A stretch of 64,000 bases of DNA, from NCBI GenBank assembly GCA_964394065.1, contig CAYMXM010000001.1, positions 46-64,045 on the forward strand. The letters are read 5' to 3'. The notes under the pieces are model-generated. The model had not been told where the DNA came from and did no database searches. It saw nothing but the letters and a program-made list of their open reading frames with translations. The stretch is from an uncultured Pirellula sp. (lineage in GTDB: Bacteria; Planctomycetota; Planctomycetia; Pirellulales; Pirellulaceae). Position 1 is the first letter of the stretch; each line of letters begins with the position of its first letter. Position numbers and translations under genes: made by a program. This document shows, piece by piece, positions 19,153 through 28,301 of this stretch.

Positions 19153-20298
19153 CTATGGGAAACTCGGGTAGCTCGACAGATCGACCTCGGTGAGCTGGTA
19201 TCCTCCGCCGAGCGTGCTCATTGCCGCGTCGATCTCGCTGATCAAGTCAGCAATCATTGCAAAGCTTGTTGCTCCTGCATGTACTCCGAGTAGGAGCAAC
19301 TCACTTCCAAGCACACACCAAATCGGCGATCCCGAATCGCCCCCAACGATCGGCTCAGCGTAAGGGGCAAGCTCCGCACGCGTTGACGCTGTGTGAATTA
19401 TTGTTACGTGGGGCGCGGCCGACAGAACGGTATGCGCCAGAACTTGAGCATCCTGGTCGCCGCAGATAATCTCCAGGCCAGCGAAAGAAATATATTCTCG
19501 CCAGTTTTCAGGAAGCACCTTGCACGGAGATATGCTTGCGGGTAAATCGCTATCAAGCAAAGCAATTCGAAGATCGCCAATGCCGATGAACTGTGATGCA
19601 ATAATTGTACGTTCAACCACTTGATTATTTAATGCGACAAACAGCACGACTGACCCGATTGATGGATAAGCATGATTGGCAACTACTAGATGCCTTTTCG
19701 AAACAGCGCATCCATTGAATCGCTGGCCTGTCGTGCTGTTTCGGATAGGCCATGCTGTCAGATCGCGAGATACCCAACAGTTTGCGTTACGCGAGTAGAT
19801 TGCAAGATCGTGAGAGATCGTGCTGTACACAGATTTCGATTTTCCTGGCGCCGCCATCGAAATTGTTGTGTCGTTGATTTCCTTGCCGAGCGTCCCATCT
19901 ATATAGCGTGAAAAAGTATCGACGGTTTCCCCTCCGGTGATCGAACCGTTGTGCACTGTAGTCCTCTTGGCCGGTAGAATGCCTACGACGATGATTACGC
20001 CCCCACTTGCGTGCGTTGTTATTCGTCCAGTCGCATCAACGCTTGCTACCACGGGGTTCGTCGACGAGTAGTATTCGACGAAATTTTCGGCGTTACCCTC
20101 TAGCGTAATTTGCCCATGCACTGTTTTGATTGCAGTTACGACTCTCGTGTAAACCGAGTCTCGCACAGTAATCTCAACAGGAGATGTTCCACCTTCCTCT
20201 ACCACGATCGGGGTATAGTTGATGATGAAATCGGTCGTGGATGGCGAAATCTGTAATGCTCCGGGGGTAATCTGGATCATATTTTCGTCGCCCACCAA
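19153..20298 (-). CDS. Ig-like (Big_2) domain plus trypsin-like serine protease
   Basis: YYSSTNPVVASVDATGRIT (Big_2); triad motifs VVANHAY, GDLRIALL and GGDSGSPI. Confidence 0.85.
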   Translation of the reverse strand: MVGDENMIQITPGALQISPSTTDFIINYTPIVVEEGGTSPVEITVRDSVYTRVVTAIKTVHGQITLEGNAENFVEYYSSTNPVVASVDATGRITTHASGGVIIVVGILPAKRTTVHNGSITGGETVDTFSRYIDGTLGKEINDTTISMAAPGKSKSVYSTISHDLAIYSRNANCWVSRDLTAWPIRNSTTGQRFNGCAVSKRHLVVANHAYPSIGSVVLFVALNNQVVERTIIASQFIGIGDLRIALLDSDLPASISPCKVLPENWREYISFAGLEIICGDQDAQVLAHTVLSAAPHVTIIHTASTRAELAPYAEPIVGGDSGSPIWCVLGSELLLLGVHAGATSFAMIADLISEIDAAMSTLGGGYQLTEVDLSSYPSFP

Positions 20299-21194
20299 CC
20301 AGTAGTACCTTTGAAGATCTGAGCTTTTTCATCCATAGCTAGAACAATATCGGATCCAGTGGTCGTGTAGAGACGATTAGCTGCGTCACTTGAAACGGAA
20401 TTATTCGTGAGTGTGAGCGAGACAGACATGCCATTGTGGACAATGAACGATCTGGGAAAAGCGCCTGCCTCCATTTCTGTTGCAGAAAATCCAGTGATTG
20501 TTCGAGGTGTAGCTCCTCCGGTAACGCGATAGAGGCTTCCACTCGCAGGCCAAATCAAATTGTCCCAGCTTGGGATCGCACCTGACGGGATACTTCTAGG
20601 GCTGAACCACTTGGCAGACAGAGAGACACCTCCAGAAGTCACTCCATTTCCAACGCGAATATCAGATACGCCCTGCGTGCTGTATGTCACGATAGCGATC
20701 TCGCCAAGATTAAGAACGATGGCATCAATCGTAGCCTTGTCTCCGATTCTCACCGATACAATTGCGTTCAGTACTCCACTTGCGTCAAGTGCCGGTGGAT
20801 TGAGTGGTGTATCGAGCTGAGCCTTGAGCACTGCATCAATCGCATCAACCTTCATCGCGAGCGCGGATACCATAGCCTCTAGATCGGCTTTGCTTGCAAG
20901 TGCTATCGATGTTGCATCGCTGATCGGTTTGTTGGCGTCGGATGTGTTGTCGACTGCACCGAGCCCTACGTCGGATTTGGAAAGACTGCTTATCGCATTG
21001 CTAACCTCTCCCGAAGCAACCTCGCCTGCTATTTCCGCAACTCTTTCCTCGTCGGTGCCCCCGATCATCGCCACATTGCCATTTTCGTCCACCGTTACGA
21101 ATCCAGCCTCAGTGGCAGCAAAGCGAATATGATCCTTCTTCGCTGCGTCGATTGCTCCATTCTCAATCTCGATCTGAATTCCTGCTTTTACCAT
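20277..21194 (-). CDS. Fibre/decoration-like protein
   Basis: DVGLGAVDNTSDANKPIS motif, common in phage fibre proteins, followed by a coiled coil and a beta-rich C-terminus. Confidence 0.65.
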   Translation of the reverse strand: MVKAGIQIEIENGAIDAAKKDHIRFAATEAGFVTVDENGNVAMIGGTDEERVAEIAGEVASGEVSNAISSLSKSDVGLGAVDNTSDANKPISDATSIALASKADLEAMVSALAMKVDAIDAVLKAQLDTPLNPPALDASGVLNAIVSVRIGDKATIDAIVLNLGEIAIVTYSTQGVSDIRVGNGVTSGGVSLSAKWFSPRSIPSGAIPSWDNLIWPASGSLYRVTGGATPRTITGFSATEMEAGAFPRSFIVHNGMSVSLTLTNNSVSSDAANRLYTTTGSDIVLAMDEKAQIFKGTTGWWATKI

Positions 21195-21418
21195 AAGATC
21201 AACTCCGATTCCGAGCTTAACACGATTTCAGATCCGGCATCAAGCACGAGGTCGCTTGGTGCGAAGATTGTGCGGCGAGGGGGAATTACGTATGACTCCC
21301 CCTCAACAAGGTGGTTTGGAGCGGGAATCCCAAAATTTAGATCGTCCCGGACCTCTTGGATGTCGTTGTTAAGCGTATCTTGCGAGACAGCTCGTGGTTG
21401 ACCTGGCGTTACTCCCAT
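21188..21418 (-). CDS. Small hypothetical structural protein
   Basis: 76-aa ORF coupled to the prohead protease gene. Confidence 0.55.
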   Translation of the reverse strand: MGVTPGQPRAVSQDTLNNDIQEVRDDLNFGIPAPNHLVEGESYVIPPRRTIFAPSDLVLDAGSEIVLSSESELILW

Positions 21419-22074
21419 AGGTCAAGCTCCCGTAGTCGCACCGATACGTCCTCCCGAGTTGCTGCAAAACAATTCCGCTCGCGCAGAAGTATTTCGCGTT
21501 CACTCGATTGGATCGATCGACTCGAGGTAGCAGCTTCATACGCTGGAAACGTCACCGGGCCCACGTCGTAGCAGACGCCGATTTCCTTGATCCAACGAAC
21601 ATCGTAGGACTTGCCGTCCTCTTCTTTGATCGTTTCCCAGACTGTGACCGACGGGTAGAAGGAAAAACTGGATCCGGTGACGTCCCCCCGGCTGATCTTC
21701 TCCGCGACGCTCAACCATTGCGGATCGCTGCTCGACTCGTCGCTTTCGTAATACAACCCCACGGCATCGGTGGTGAGGCGACAGGTACCAGCTTCGGTTC
21801 GCCCGAGAACGTAGTTCATGTCGTGATTGAACAAGCAGCGAACGTCTTGCTTCTCGTTGATCACGCGATCGAACGCTCCGGGCATGATCCGCTCGACCAG
21901 GTCATCCCAGAGCCAGTACTCTGTGCTTGGATCGGCAGGGTTGTAGAAGACTGCGCCGTAACCGCGAATGACTTTGGAATCGGACGTCGCGTTCCGCTTC
22001 TGCAACGCCAAACGTCGTTCCCCCGAAGCGGGATTCGAGATTGAGAACCGCCTATGTTGCAACCGCATCGTCAT
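21409..22074 (-). CDS. HK97-type prohead protease
   Basis: RGYGAVF, ERIMPGAF, LFNHD, SSFSF and DVGPVTFPAY motifs. Confidence 0.95.
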   Translation of the reverse strand: MTMRLQHRRFSISNPASGERRLALQKRNATSDSKVIRGYGAVFYNPADPSTEYWLWDDLVERIMPGAFDRVINEKQDVRCLFNHDMNYVLGRTEAGTCRLTTDAVGLYYESDESSSDPQWLSVAEKISRGDVTGSSFSFYPSVTVWETIKEEDGKSYDVRWIKEIGVCYDVGPVTFPAYEAATSSRSIQSSEREILLRERNCFAATREDVSVRLRELDLWE

Positions 22075-23599
22075 CTCCCCGTTCTAAAAGTTTGTCGATT
22101 AGCAAGAGGCTGCTCGCCTCGGCGTGGCCGCGAAGGCTCGCAGCGTCCACACCGAGAAGCGAGTCAAACCACGCGTTGGCCCTGTCCGTGCACTCGGTTC
22201 CGACGAGGGCAGCAACGTTTCGCAAAGTGCTATCGATGATTCCTACAATGTTTTCGCGATCGTCCTCGAGGGGCTTCCCTCGATCGACACGGATGCAAGC
22301 TCGATTGATGGCACGAGCAAAAGCCTCCTCGAGGAGCGAACGGTAGATTTCGTTCCGATCCGTTTCCGCGGAATCGGTTTCCCCAACGGGGGAAAGATTG
22401 AGCGGGTAGTAGTACGTGTCCCCACCCTCGTAGCTATCGAGGTTCTCCCACCCGCGTGTTTCGTTCGCACTGAAACGACCGGCCTGAATCCCCGTGATGG
22501 CAATCGTATTTCGCGTTGCAGCATCAGCCCAAAGGAGGGCGTTGACGTTGTTCTCGATGTACATGCCAGCGGCCCGTTCCTCTTCGGTCAACAACTTTGT
22601 CGTGCATTCCGCACAGTTGCCAATTAACCAGTGGGACAGAGCGCCGTCGTGGTAGTTTCCCTTGGCGGCTTCCTCCGAGTTGAAGCTGATGGAATCTTTG
22701 AGCCCGAGTCTAGACGGTTGAATGTTGTACATGCGAGCCACCTCGCGAACCTGGTTCTCGTCCAATTCGAGAAGCTGGGCTTTCTGTGGATCCACTTGGG
22801 TCGACACCCATTGCATGTTGTCTCGAATCACAAGCGTCTTGAATGCGTTGTCCGAACCCGTGAATCGCTCTTCGATTTGCTTACGTGCCTTGGTTACTGC
22901 CTTTGCCGAAGTGCCTGGTTTGACTTGCAGAATCCCCCCCGCGTTCATGTTGTTGCGGAAGAATCGGGCTTCAAACTGCTTTGCCGCCAATGCGATTGCA
23001 AAGTCCTCCCGGAACAAGCGAATAGTGTTAGCCCCTTGCACGCCGTCGATCGAGAGCCCCTCGAGGTGGAGTACGTCGCTAGCGGCAAAGATTCGCGTTC
23101 CTTTGCGTGACTGTGTCACGCATTGAAGTTTGCCATTGATTCGTGCCATCCAGGTGCGGTCCGGCAGGAGTTGGTAAAGCCCGATCACCTCACCACGGTT
23201 ATTGCGGTCGATCCAAGCGTAAGCGTTCCCCCAAATCAGAGCCGAGGTAAAGTAGCGACGCCAGAACTTGTAACCGTTCACCTCCTCATTGGCCATGCTG
23301 TAGCGATGAATTACTTTTTGAACGGGGTGGCCATCAGCAATCTGGCGCCCCGACCTCGTCTTTTGATAGACGTTCAGAGGCAACTTGGCGCAGTCGCCAG
23401 ATATCATGCTGACCGCTTGATTGAGCGGTGCATACCCCAGCACTTTCGATGCTGTGACGGTGCTACCGGTGTCTCCCGTGTAGCTTCCAGTGGCCTCGGA
23501 AGCCAAGATATCAGCCGTCACCGGTTGCGCTGGATCTTCCAGCGAACGTGATACCCACTCCGCAGCTCGTCTTACTCCTCTTGTGAACCAATTGGCCAT
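22052..23599 (-). CDS. HK97-family portal protein
   Basis: AVSMISGDCAKLPL, LIWGNAY, EVARMYNI and ANETRGWENL motifs. Confidence 0.95.
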   Translation of the reverse strand: MANWFTRGVRRAAEWVSRSLEDPAQPVTADILASEATGSYTGDTGSTVTASKVLGYAPLNQAVSMISGDCAKLPLNVYQKTRSGRQIADGHPVQKVIHRYSMANEEVNGYKFWRRYFTSALIWGNAYAWIDRNNRGEVIGLYQLLPDRTWMARINGKLQCVTQSRKGTRIFAASDVLHLEGLSIDGVQGANTIRLFREDFAIALAAKQFEARFFRNNMNAGGILQVKPGTSAKAVTKARKQIEERFTGSDNAFKTLVIRDNMQWVSTQVDPQKAQLLELDENQVREVARMYNIQPSRLGLKDSISFNSEEAAKGNYHDGALSHWLIGNCAECTTKLLTEEERAAGMYIENNVNALLWADAATRNTIAITGIQAGRFSANETRGWENLDSYEGGDTYYYPLNLSPVGETDSAETDRNEIYRSLLEEAFARAINRACIRVDRGKPLEDDRENIVGIIDSTLRNVAALVGTECTDRANAWFDSLLGVDAASLRGHAEASSLLLIDKLLERGDDDAVAT

Positions 23600-23604
23600 G
23601 ATAT

Positions 23605-25407
23605 CTATACGACGAAAACGTCGTCCTCTCCGTCGTCCTCGACCTCAACTCCCCGACCGACGACCGTCTGAAGACTCATCAAAAGCGATTGGGGGCCGTC
23701 GACCTTCTTGAAGTCCCCACGGGCTTGCTTGACGAGTCGTTTAAAACCGTTCGTGTTGGTGATCGCTACGGCGTTTGCCATCTGCCAAGTCATGACGGGG
23801 TTTCCGTTGTGCCGTATCCGTTGTGAGATGATGCGTCTCTCGCACTCTTGAACTACGGGCCCGTAGTGGATGATTTGCTGAGGAAACTCGACTCGTTCCG
23901 CTTCGGTCATCGCCTCAAGCTCTTGAGTGATGTTCTCAGCTTGGTGCGGGTCGTAGTAAAACTCGTTGACGTGAAACATCTTGATGATCTCAGCAAGGTC
24001 TTGCGTCAGGATCGGATAATCGATAACACGGCCTGGCGTTAATCGAATGTGACCTAGCTCGGCCCAGCGGATGTAGTTCACTCGTTTCTGTTGGCGTCTC
24101 GCTTCCACTTCGGGTAGCCAGAACCAAGTCCGAGTCCATAGGATCCCGTCGGGATCTTCGATGCAAAGCGTAGCCGACACGGTGTCCCGTACCGAAGCTA
24201 GGTCCAAGCCGAGCGCGCTGGTGATGGCGTCGATCTTTCGAAGATCCTCATCGGTGTACGCCTTAAAACAATCAATCCGCTTCTTTGCGTTCTTACGTTC
24301 CGTGGGCCCAGAGTCCCAATCGGAAATGCCCCTCGGAAGGGCCGAATCTATCCAACTGTTCATCGACGTTACCCAGATCCCGAGGCGCAAGCGTTTGAAA
24401 GCGATCCATTGCGAAGGATCATCCTTCGCCGCATGGTAGTCAGCACGGAAGGTGCTAAGTTTCAGTGGGCTATCTTTGTCGGTTCCCAACGATGGGTTGG
24501 CTTTGAACCAGTTGGCTTCGTCGTGGGGATCGTCGTCTTTCGAAAGGCCATACACCGTTCCGAGAAACGTCTCGTCGATCGACCGACCGCTATTTATTTC
24601 AAGGGCTTGGTCGTGTGCGTACTTGCAAACGTTTTCCCCTTCTTCGCCGGCAGTCGTGATCGCAATGAATGCTCCCTCCGGTTGGGAGGCGAGCATCCAC
24701 TTGAGTGCGTTGTAAAACTCGAATCCTTTCCAACGATGGAACTCATCAGCCAAACAATGACCGTTTACACCATCGGCCGAAGCGGGATCCGCCGCGATCA
24801 CCTCCCACGTCGAGTCCCCATACTCGACGGTGTAGAACCCTTCCAGCTTCTTCACTTGAGCAGCTTCCGATAGCTCTGGGCAGTTTCGTATCTGTCGAAT
24901 CGCATGCATCAGGCACTTCTGCGCCTGCTTCTTGGTTGTCGCTGCGAGATAGAGTGCGATTTGTCGCATCGCCCCATCCTCACCGACCGAGTCGGCAAAC
25001 AGCAGATAGTTTCCTAGCAACGAAAGAAACGGTGTCTTACCGTTCTTCTTCGGAAGTTCGGCGTACCACATCCGGAACCGGCGGACGTTGTAGCCCCACT
25101 CCTCGTTGAAACGAACCCAGCCAAAGAACTGAGATGAGCAATCCACTTGCCACGGGAGGAGGCGGAAGGGCAGTCCGGCCCAAGCACCTTCGGTCAACGT
25201 GCCGTGGCGATCGGCGAACTCAAGCCAATGTTCGGCCCGCCTGATATCGAACGTACAGCCGTTGAGCATGGCACGCTCGTCGGCTTCCTCCCCAGCTCCT
25301 TGCCGAATGTACTTGAGCCACCCTTCACGCTTTGCTTTGGCGCGAAGCGAAAGGAGGTCGGTACTGTTCGGCTTCTTGCTCTTGATGTTCTTACGCGGTG
25401 CTATCAA
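23605..25407 (-). CDS. terL: Terminase large subunit
   Basis: Walker A PKKNGKT, Walker B LADEFH, LGLDLAS and KKVDG; likely TTG start overlapping the terS stop. Confidence 0.95.
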   Translation of the reverse strand: MIAPRKNIKSKKPNSTDLLSLRAKAKREGWLKYIRQGAGEEADERAMLNGCTFDIRRAEHWLEFADRHGTLTEGAWAGLPFRLLPWQVDCSSQFFGWVRFNEEWGYNVRRFRMWYAELPKKNGKTPFLSLLGNYLLFADSVGEDGAMRQIALYLAATTKKQAQKCLMHAIRQIRNCPELSEAAQVKKLEGFYTVEYGDSTWEVIAADPASADGVNGHCLADEFHRWKGFEFYNALKWMLASQPEGAFIAITTAGEEGENVCKYAHDQALEINSGRSIDETFLGTVYGLSKDDDPHDEANWFKANPSLGTDKDSPLKLSTFRADYHAAKDDPSQWIAFKRLRLGIWVTSMNSWIDSALPRGISDWDSGPTERKNAKKRIDCFKAYTDEDLRKIDAITSALGLDLASVRDTVSATLCIEDPDGILWTRTWFWLPEVEARRQQKRVNYIRWAELGHIRLTPGRVIDYPILTQDLAEIIKMFHVNEFYYDPHQAENITQELEAMTEAERVEFPQQIIHYGPVVQECERRIISQRIRHNGNPVMTWQMANAVAITNTNGFKRLVKQARGDFKKVDGPQSLLMSLQTVVGRGVEVEDDGEDDVFVV

Positions 25408-25856
25408 CGCTCCGTCTTTCTCCGTGCGAAAGCTTGGATTCCAGCCCCTTTGTTCGAGGCGATCCCCCCATGCTTGCGCATTTGGGCTAAGGAGAACGGA
25501 TGCAAACCGAACTTTGCCCAAAGCCGTTGAAGGTTCGCGAGCGCTTTCTCGCGCATACGCACCTGCGGGGATTCGGACTCGTACCCACTTTCCGAAGTGA
25601 ACGTAGCTCGGGACGGATCTTCCATGAGCCAGTTGGTCAGCCTTCGGTATTCACCGTAGGTTCGGCACAACTCCGCAAAGGTCTCAAGGTGCAGCTCGGT
25701 CAGTAGGTTGATCTCGACGAGCTGGGGAGCTAGTCGATTCCAATACGCCTTGCCAATCTCACACAACCCAAACCCTTCGGGATTTGGGGCGCTCTGAATG
25801 GGTGGTGACTTCTTCGAGACTTTCTTAGCAGCCTTCTTGGTGACCTTCTTGGCCAT
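25404..25856 (-). CDS. terS: Terminase small subunit (P27-like)
   Basis: W..LAPQL..., LCRTY, and ESPQV...KFGLHP motifs. Confidence 0.9.
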   Translation of the reverse strand: MAKKVTKKAAKKVSKKSPPIQSAPNPEGFGLCEIGKAYWNRLAPQLVEINLLTELHLETFAELCRTYGEYRRLTNWLMEDPSRATFTSESGYESESPQVRMREKALANLQRLWAKFGLHPFSLAQMRKHGGIASNKGAGIQAFARRKTER

Positions 25857-26132
25857 CTACTCCCCCTTCGCAGTCTTGATGTCGTGGCATTGTTTGCACA
25901 AGGCTTGCCAGTTCCCTCGTGCCCAGAAGAGCGATCGGTTCCCACGGTGAGGTACAACGTGATCGACGACCGTTGCCGCAATGAAGCGATCTTCCCGAGC
26001 ACACTGAACGCAGAACGGATGTTCCCGCAGAAACGCGGCGCGGGCGTGACGCCATTGCCGATCGTAGCCGCGGTCGGCACTCGATCGACGTCGCGTCGGT
26101 TTTGCCTTGAGTCGCTTCGCCCGATCAGCCAT
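25857..26132 (-). CDS. Packaging-associated HNH endonuclease (gp74-like)
   Basis: RGYDRQW, CVQC, VVDHVVPHRG and NWQALCKQCHDIKT motifs. Confidence 0.92.
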   Translation of the reverse strand: MADRAKRLKAKPTRRRSSADRGYDRQWRHARAAFLREHPFCVQCAREDRFIAATVVDHVVPHRGNRSLFWARGNWQALCKQCHDIKTAKGE

Positions 26133-26442
26133 CGGTCATCGGTGCAACGATCGAAAGCGTTCGCTTACATTCCGAAGCCGCTAGACTCTTGAGTTCGGCG
26201 GTACGCTCTGGCCCTACCTCCTTCAGGAACTCATCCGCCCAAGCAACGTAAGTTCGCGATGGGGTCCAGCAGAGGGTATAGCCGGCGCGAATGACCGACG
26301 ACTTGCCGGATTTCTCCAGCTCGACCCGAAACTCGTCCTCCAATTGCTCGCATCTCTTCTTGAACGTTTCGGCTTCGCGGCCTAGTGCGAGTCGTTTCTC
26401 GTTGCAACGATGCCACTCGTTAAGCTTGGTTTCAAGAGACAT
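26125..26442 (-). CDS. Hypothetical phage protein
   Basis: 105 aa with an N-terminal coiled coil; coupled to both neighbours. Confidence 0.7.
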   Translation of the reverse strand: MSLETKLNEWHRCNEKRLALGREAETFKKRCEQLEDEFRVELEKSGKSSVIRAGYTLCWTPSRTYVAWADEFLKEVGPERTAELKSLAASECKRTLSIVAPMTDG

Positions 26443-26938
26443 AAGTCGTATCCTCTTTTACGCGAATGATCGGACTGATGACCCATTCCAGCCATCGCCA
26501 AAATTGGAAGTAGTCAAGAACCGGATTGAGCCAATCGGTTATGACGCAGTAGCGAACCTCGAAAGGACTTCGATGATGTTCGCCATGGTGTCGTGGGCTT
26601 TGTAACAGCCCCGTTTCCTGAAGTGCACGAATGAAGGGGCTACACTTCTGGTGGGCCCAGGCATGTACTTCATTCGCCTGAGAGGCAAAGACGAAAACCC
26701 AGGAGGGATAGATCGCGAAGGCGATCGCAGCCGGGAGGATGGTTGTCCAGTTACGTGTCCAATAATCCCCCTTCAGGAACGCGGCTGGTTGCGCGTGATG
26801 CAAGCTGTTCGGTTTGGCGATGTATTTGCCGATGATTGGCCACTTCTCTTCGAAGTACCGATCCTCGATCCAATGCCAGAAACCTGATAGAAAGTCAGCA
26901 AGCAACCAAGCCACGAGAAGCTCGGTTAGGAAAACCAT
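26432..26938 (-). CDS. CarF/TMEM189/FAD4-family lipid desaturase
   Basis: ADFLSGFWHWIED, LHHAQP, NEVHAWAH, PRHHGEHH, YCVITDWLN and FWRWLE motifs. Confidence 0.88.
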   Translation of the reverse strand: MVFLTELLVAWLLADFLSGFWHWIEDRYFEEKWPIIGKYIAKPNSLHHAQPAAFLKGDYWTRNWTTILPAAIAFAIYPSWVFVFASQANEVHAWAHQKCSPFIRALQETGLLQSPRHHGEHHRSPFEVRYCVITDWLNPVLDYFQFWRWLEWVISPIIRVKEDTTYVS

Positions 26939-28029
26939 TTGCTGAGCTGCCCCCGAAAGACGTAGCCTGCGATTCCTCCCGCAGCGAACCCGACAGCAAG
27001 AACAACTAGGTTCCGAAGCAACGACCCGAAAAACGAGATTACTGGTCGATCGGGCTTATTAGGTCGTAGCAAACCCGTGTCGCCATCGGGCTGTTGAGGC
27101 TCCGGCTTGTTCGGCCGAAGTCGTCCCCCTGTGATGGCGTCCACCAGGTCCTCGTCACCCTGCTCGATATCCTGCGTTGGCCAAGCAGCTCGGTAAAGCG
27201 TTTCCGCGGAATCGGTCGCATCGGCATCGAGGCAACTCACTTCCCTGGCGTGGGGTGGTAAGGGCTCGAGCGACTTAGGGAGTCGACCTTGCAGAGCATT
27301 CAGCACGAACGGCATCGATTGTCCCAGTCCTTCACCGCCCCCACCCCATGTGAGAAGACCAACGACCTCGGGACCATTGGAGGTGTAGTCGATGACGCTT
27401 GAACCCGATCGGCCACCGATCGCCTCGGGATGCCAAGTTAGAATCTGCCCCTCGGATCGATTCAACTTGAGCACCTGAAGGGAAGGCCATTCGCATCGAG
27501 GACACCCATAGGTGGTGATCAATGCGGATGTGTCCGGTTGTCGGTTCGCGATGGGGACCGGCTTCACGTCGGTACCGAATCCTTCTGCAGCTCGTAAGAT
27601 CGCGAAGTCGATCGACATACCTCGACCGTAACCACTTGCGACGATCGATGCGGTGGATCGCTGACTCCGGCCGTTGAGTTCCCAACGTTCGACATTGACG
27701 ACTCGTCCCTTGGTGGTCCCTGCTACGTGGGCATTGGTCAAGATAAGAGACCGCCCATTTGCATCTTTGCCAACGATAGTACCGCTTCCGCAAACGCCAC
27801 TTACCGTAACCCGAACCGTGGCCCGAATTACCTGCTCGAACGCATCGCCACCAGCGCCGGCTTCTGCTGGGCTCACCGAGCTGGTCAACCCTTGCGAGTC
27901 GGCTTGGTTCAGCGTGTGAATGTGAATTCCCTCGACGGGGAGACAACCGTTCGGTCCACAGACCACTTGAGCCATTGCTGGCGTGACGAAGAGCGTCACG
28001 AGAGCACTGAGTACTGCAAAGCGCAGCAT
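26926..28029 (-). CDS. Secreted trypsin-like serine protease with C-terminal membrane anchor
   Basis: Signal peptide MLRFAVLSALVTLFVTPAMA; triad motifs LTNAHV, IDFAIL and GGRSGSSV; C-terminal TM helix LVVLAVGFAAGGIAGYVF. Confidence 0.88.
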   Translation of the reverse strand: MLRFAVLSALVTLFVTPAMAQVVCGPNGCLPVEGIHIHTLNQADSQGLTSSVSPAEAGAGGDAFEQVIRATVRVTVSGVCGSGTIVGKDANGRSLILTNAHVAGTTKGRVVNVERWELNGRSQRSTASIVASGYGRGMSIDFAILRAAEGFGTDVKPVPIANRQPDTSALITTYGCPRCEWPSLQVLKLNRSEGQILTWHPEAIGGRSGSSVIDYTSNGPEVVGLLTWGGGGEGLGQSMPFVLNALQGRLPKSLEPLPPHAREVSCLDADATDSAETLYRAAWPTQDIEQGDEDLVDAITGGRLRPNKPEPQQPDGDTGLLRPNKPDRPVISFFGSLLRNLVVLAVGFAAGGIAGYVFRGQLSKWFS

Positions 28030-28033
28030 CTTC

Positions 28034-28222
28034 TCACCTCTTTCTTGGAGACAGACTTTTAGAGATTCTCCAGACAGTGACGCGACTGATGCCAAACTTT
28101 TTGGCGATGTCCTTCGTGCGAACTCCAGATCTTTTCGCAACCGCGACTCGCATTCGGTCTTGGCCGCTTAGCAATTTTTTTTGCTGTCCGTTCTTGAAAC
28201 GCTGGTACTGTCTTGATCTCAC
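28034..28222 (-). CDS. Small helix-turn-helix protein
   Basis: GVRTKDIAKKFGISRVTVWRI HTH. Confidence 0.75.
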   Translation of the reverse strand: MRSRQYQRFKNGQQKKLLSGQDRMRVAVAKRSGVRTKDIAKKFGISRVTVWRISKSLSPRKR

Positions 28223-28301
28223 GACTAAGAATTCGGCGGCAGTATAGTGGGGCGGATGGGTGATGTTTCAATGTACCCAAACACCCCACCCTAAAAACAT
28301 T

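Noticed and set aside
18972-19290. Possible DGR template/variable repeat pair
   Set aside because: Divergence is not adenine-specific, identity is too low, and there is no reverse transcriptase in the window.
26125-26442. 105-aa protein as a holin or a Mu Gam-like inhibitor
   Set aside because: No transmembrane segment, and the resemblance to Gam is only a generic coiled coil.
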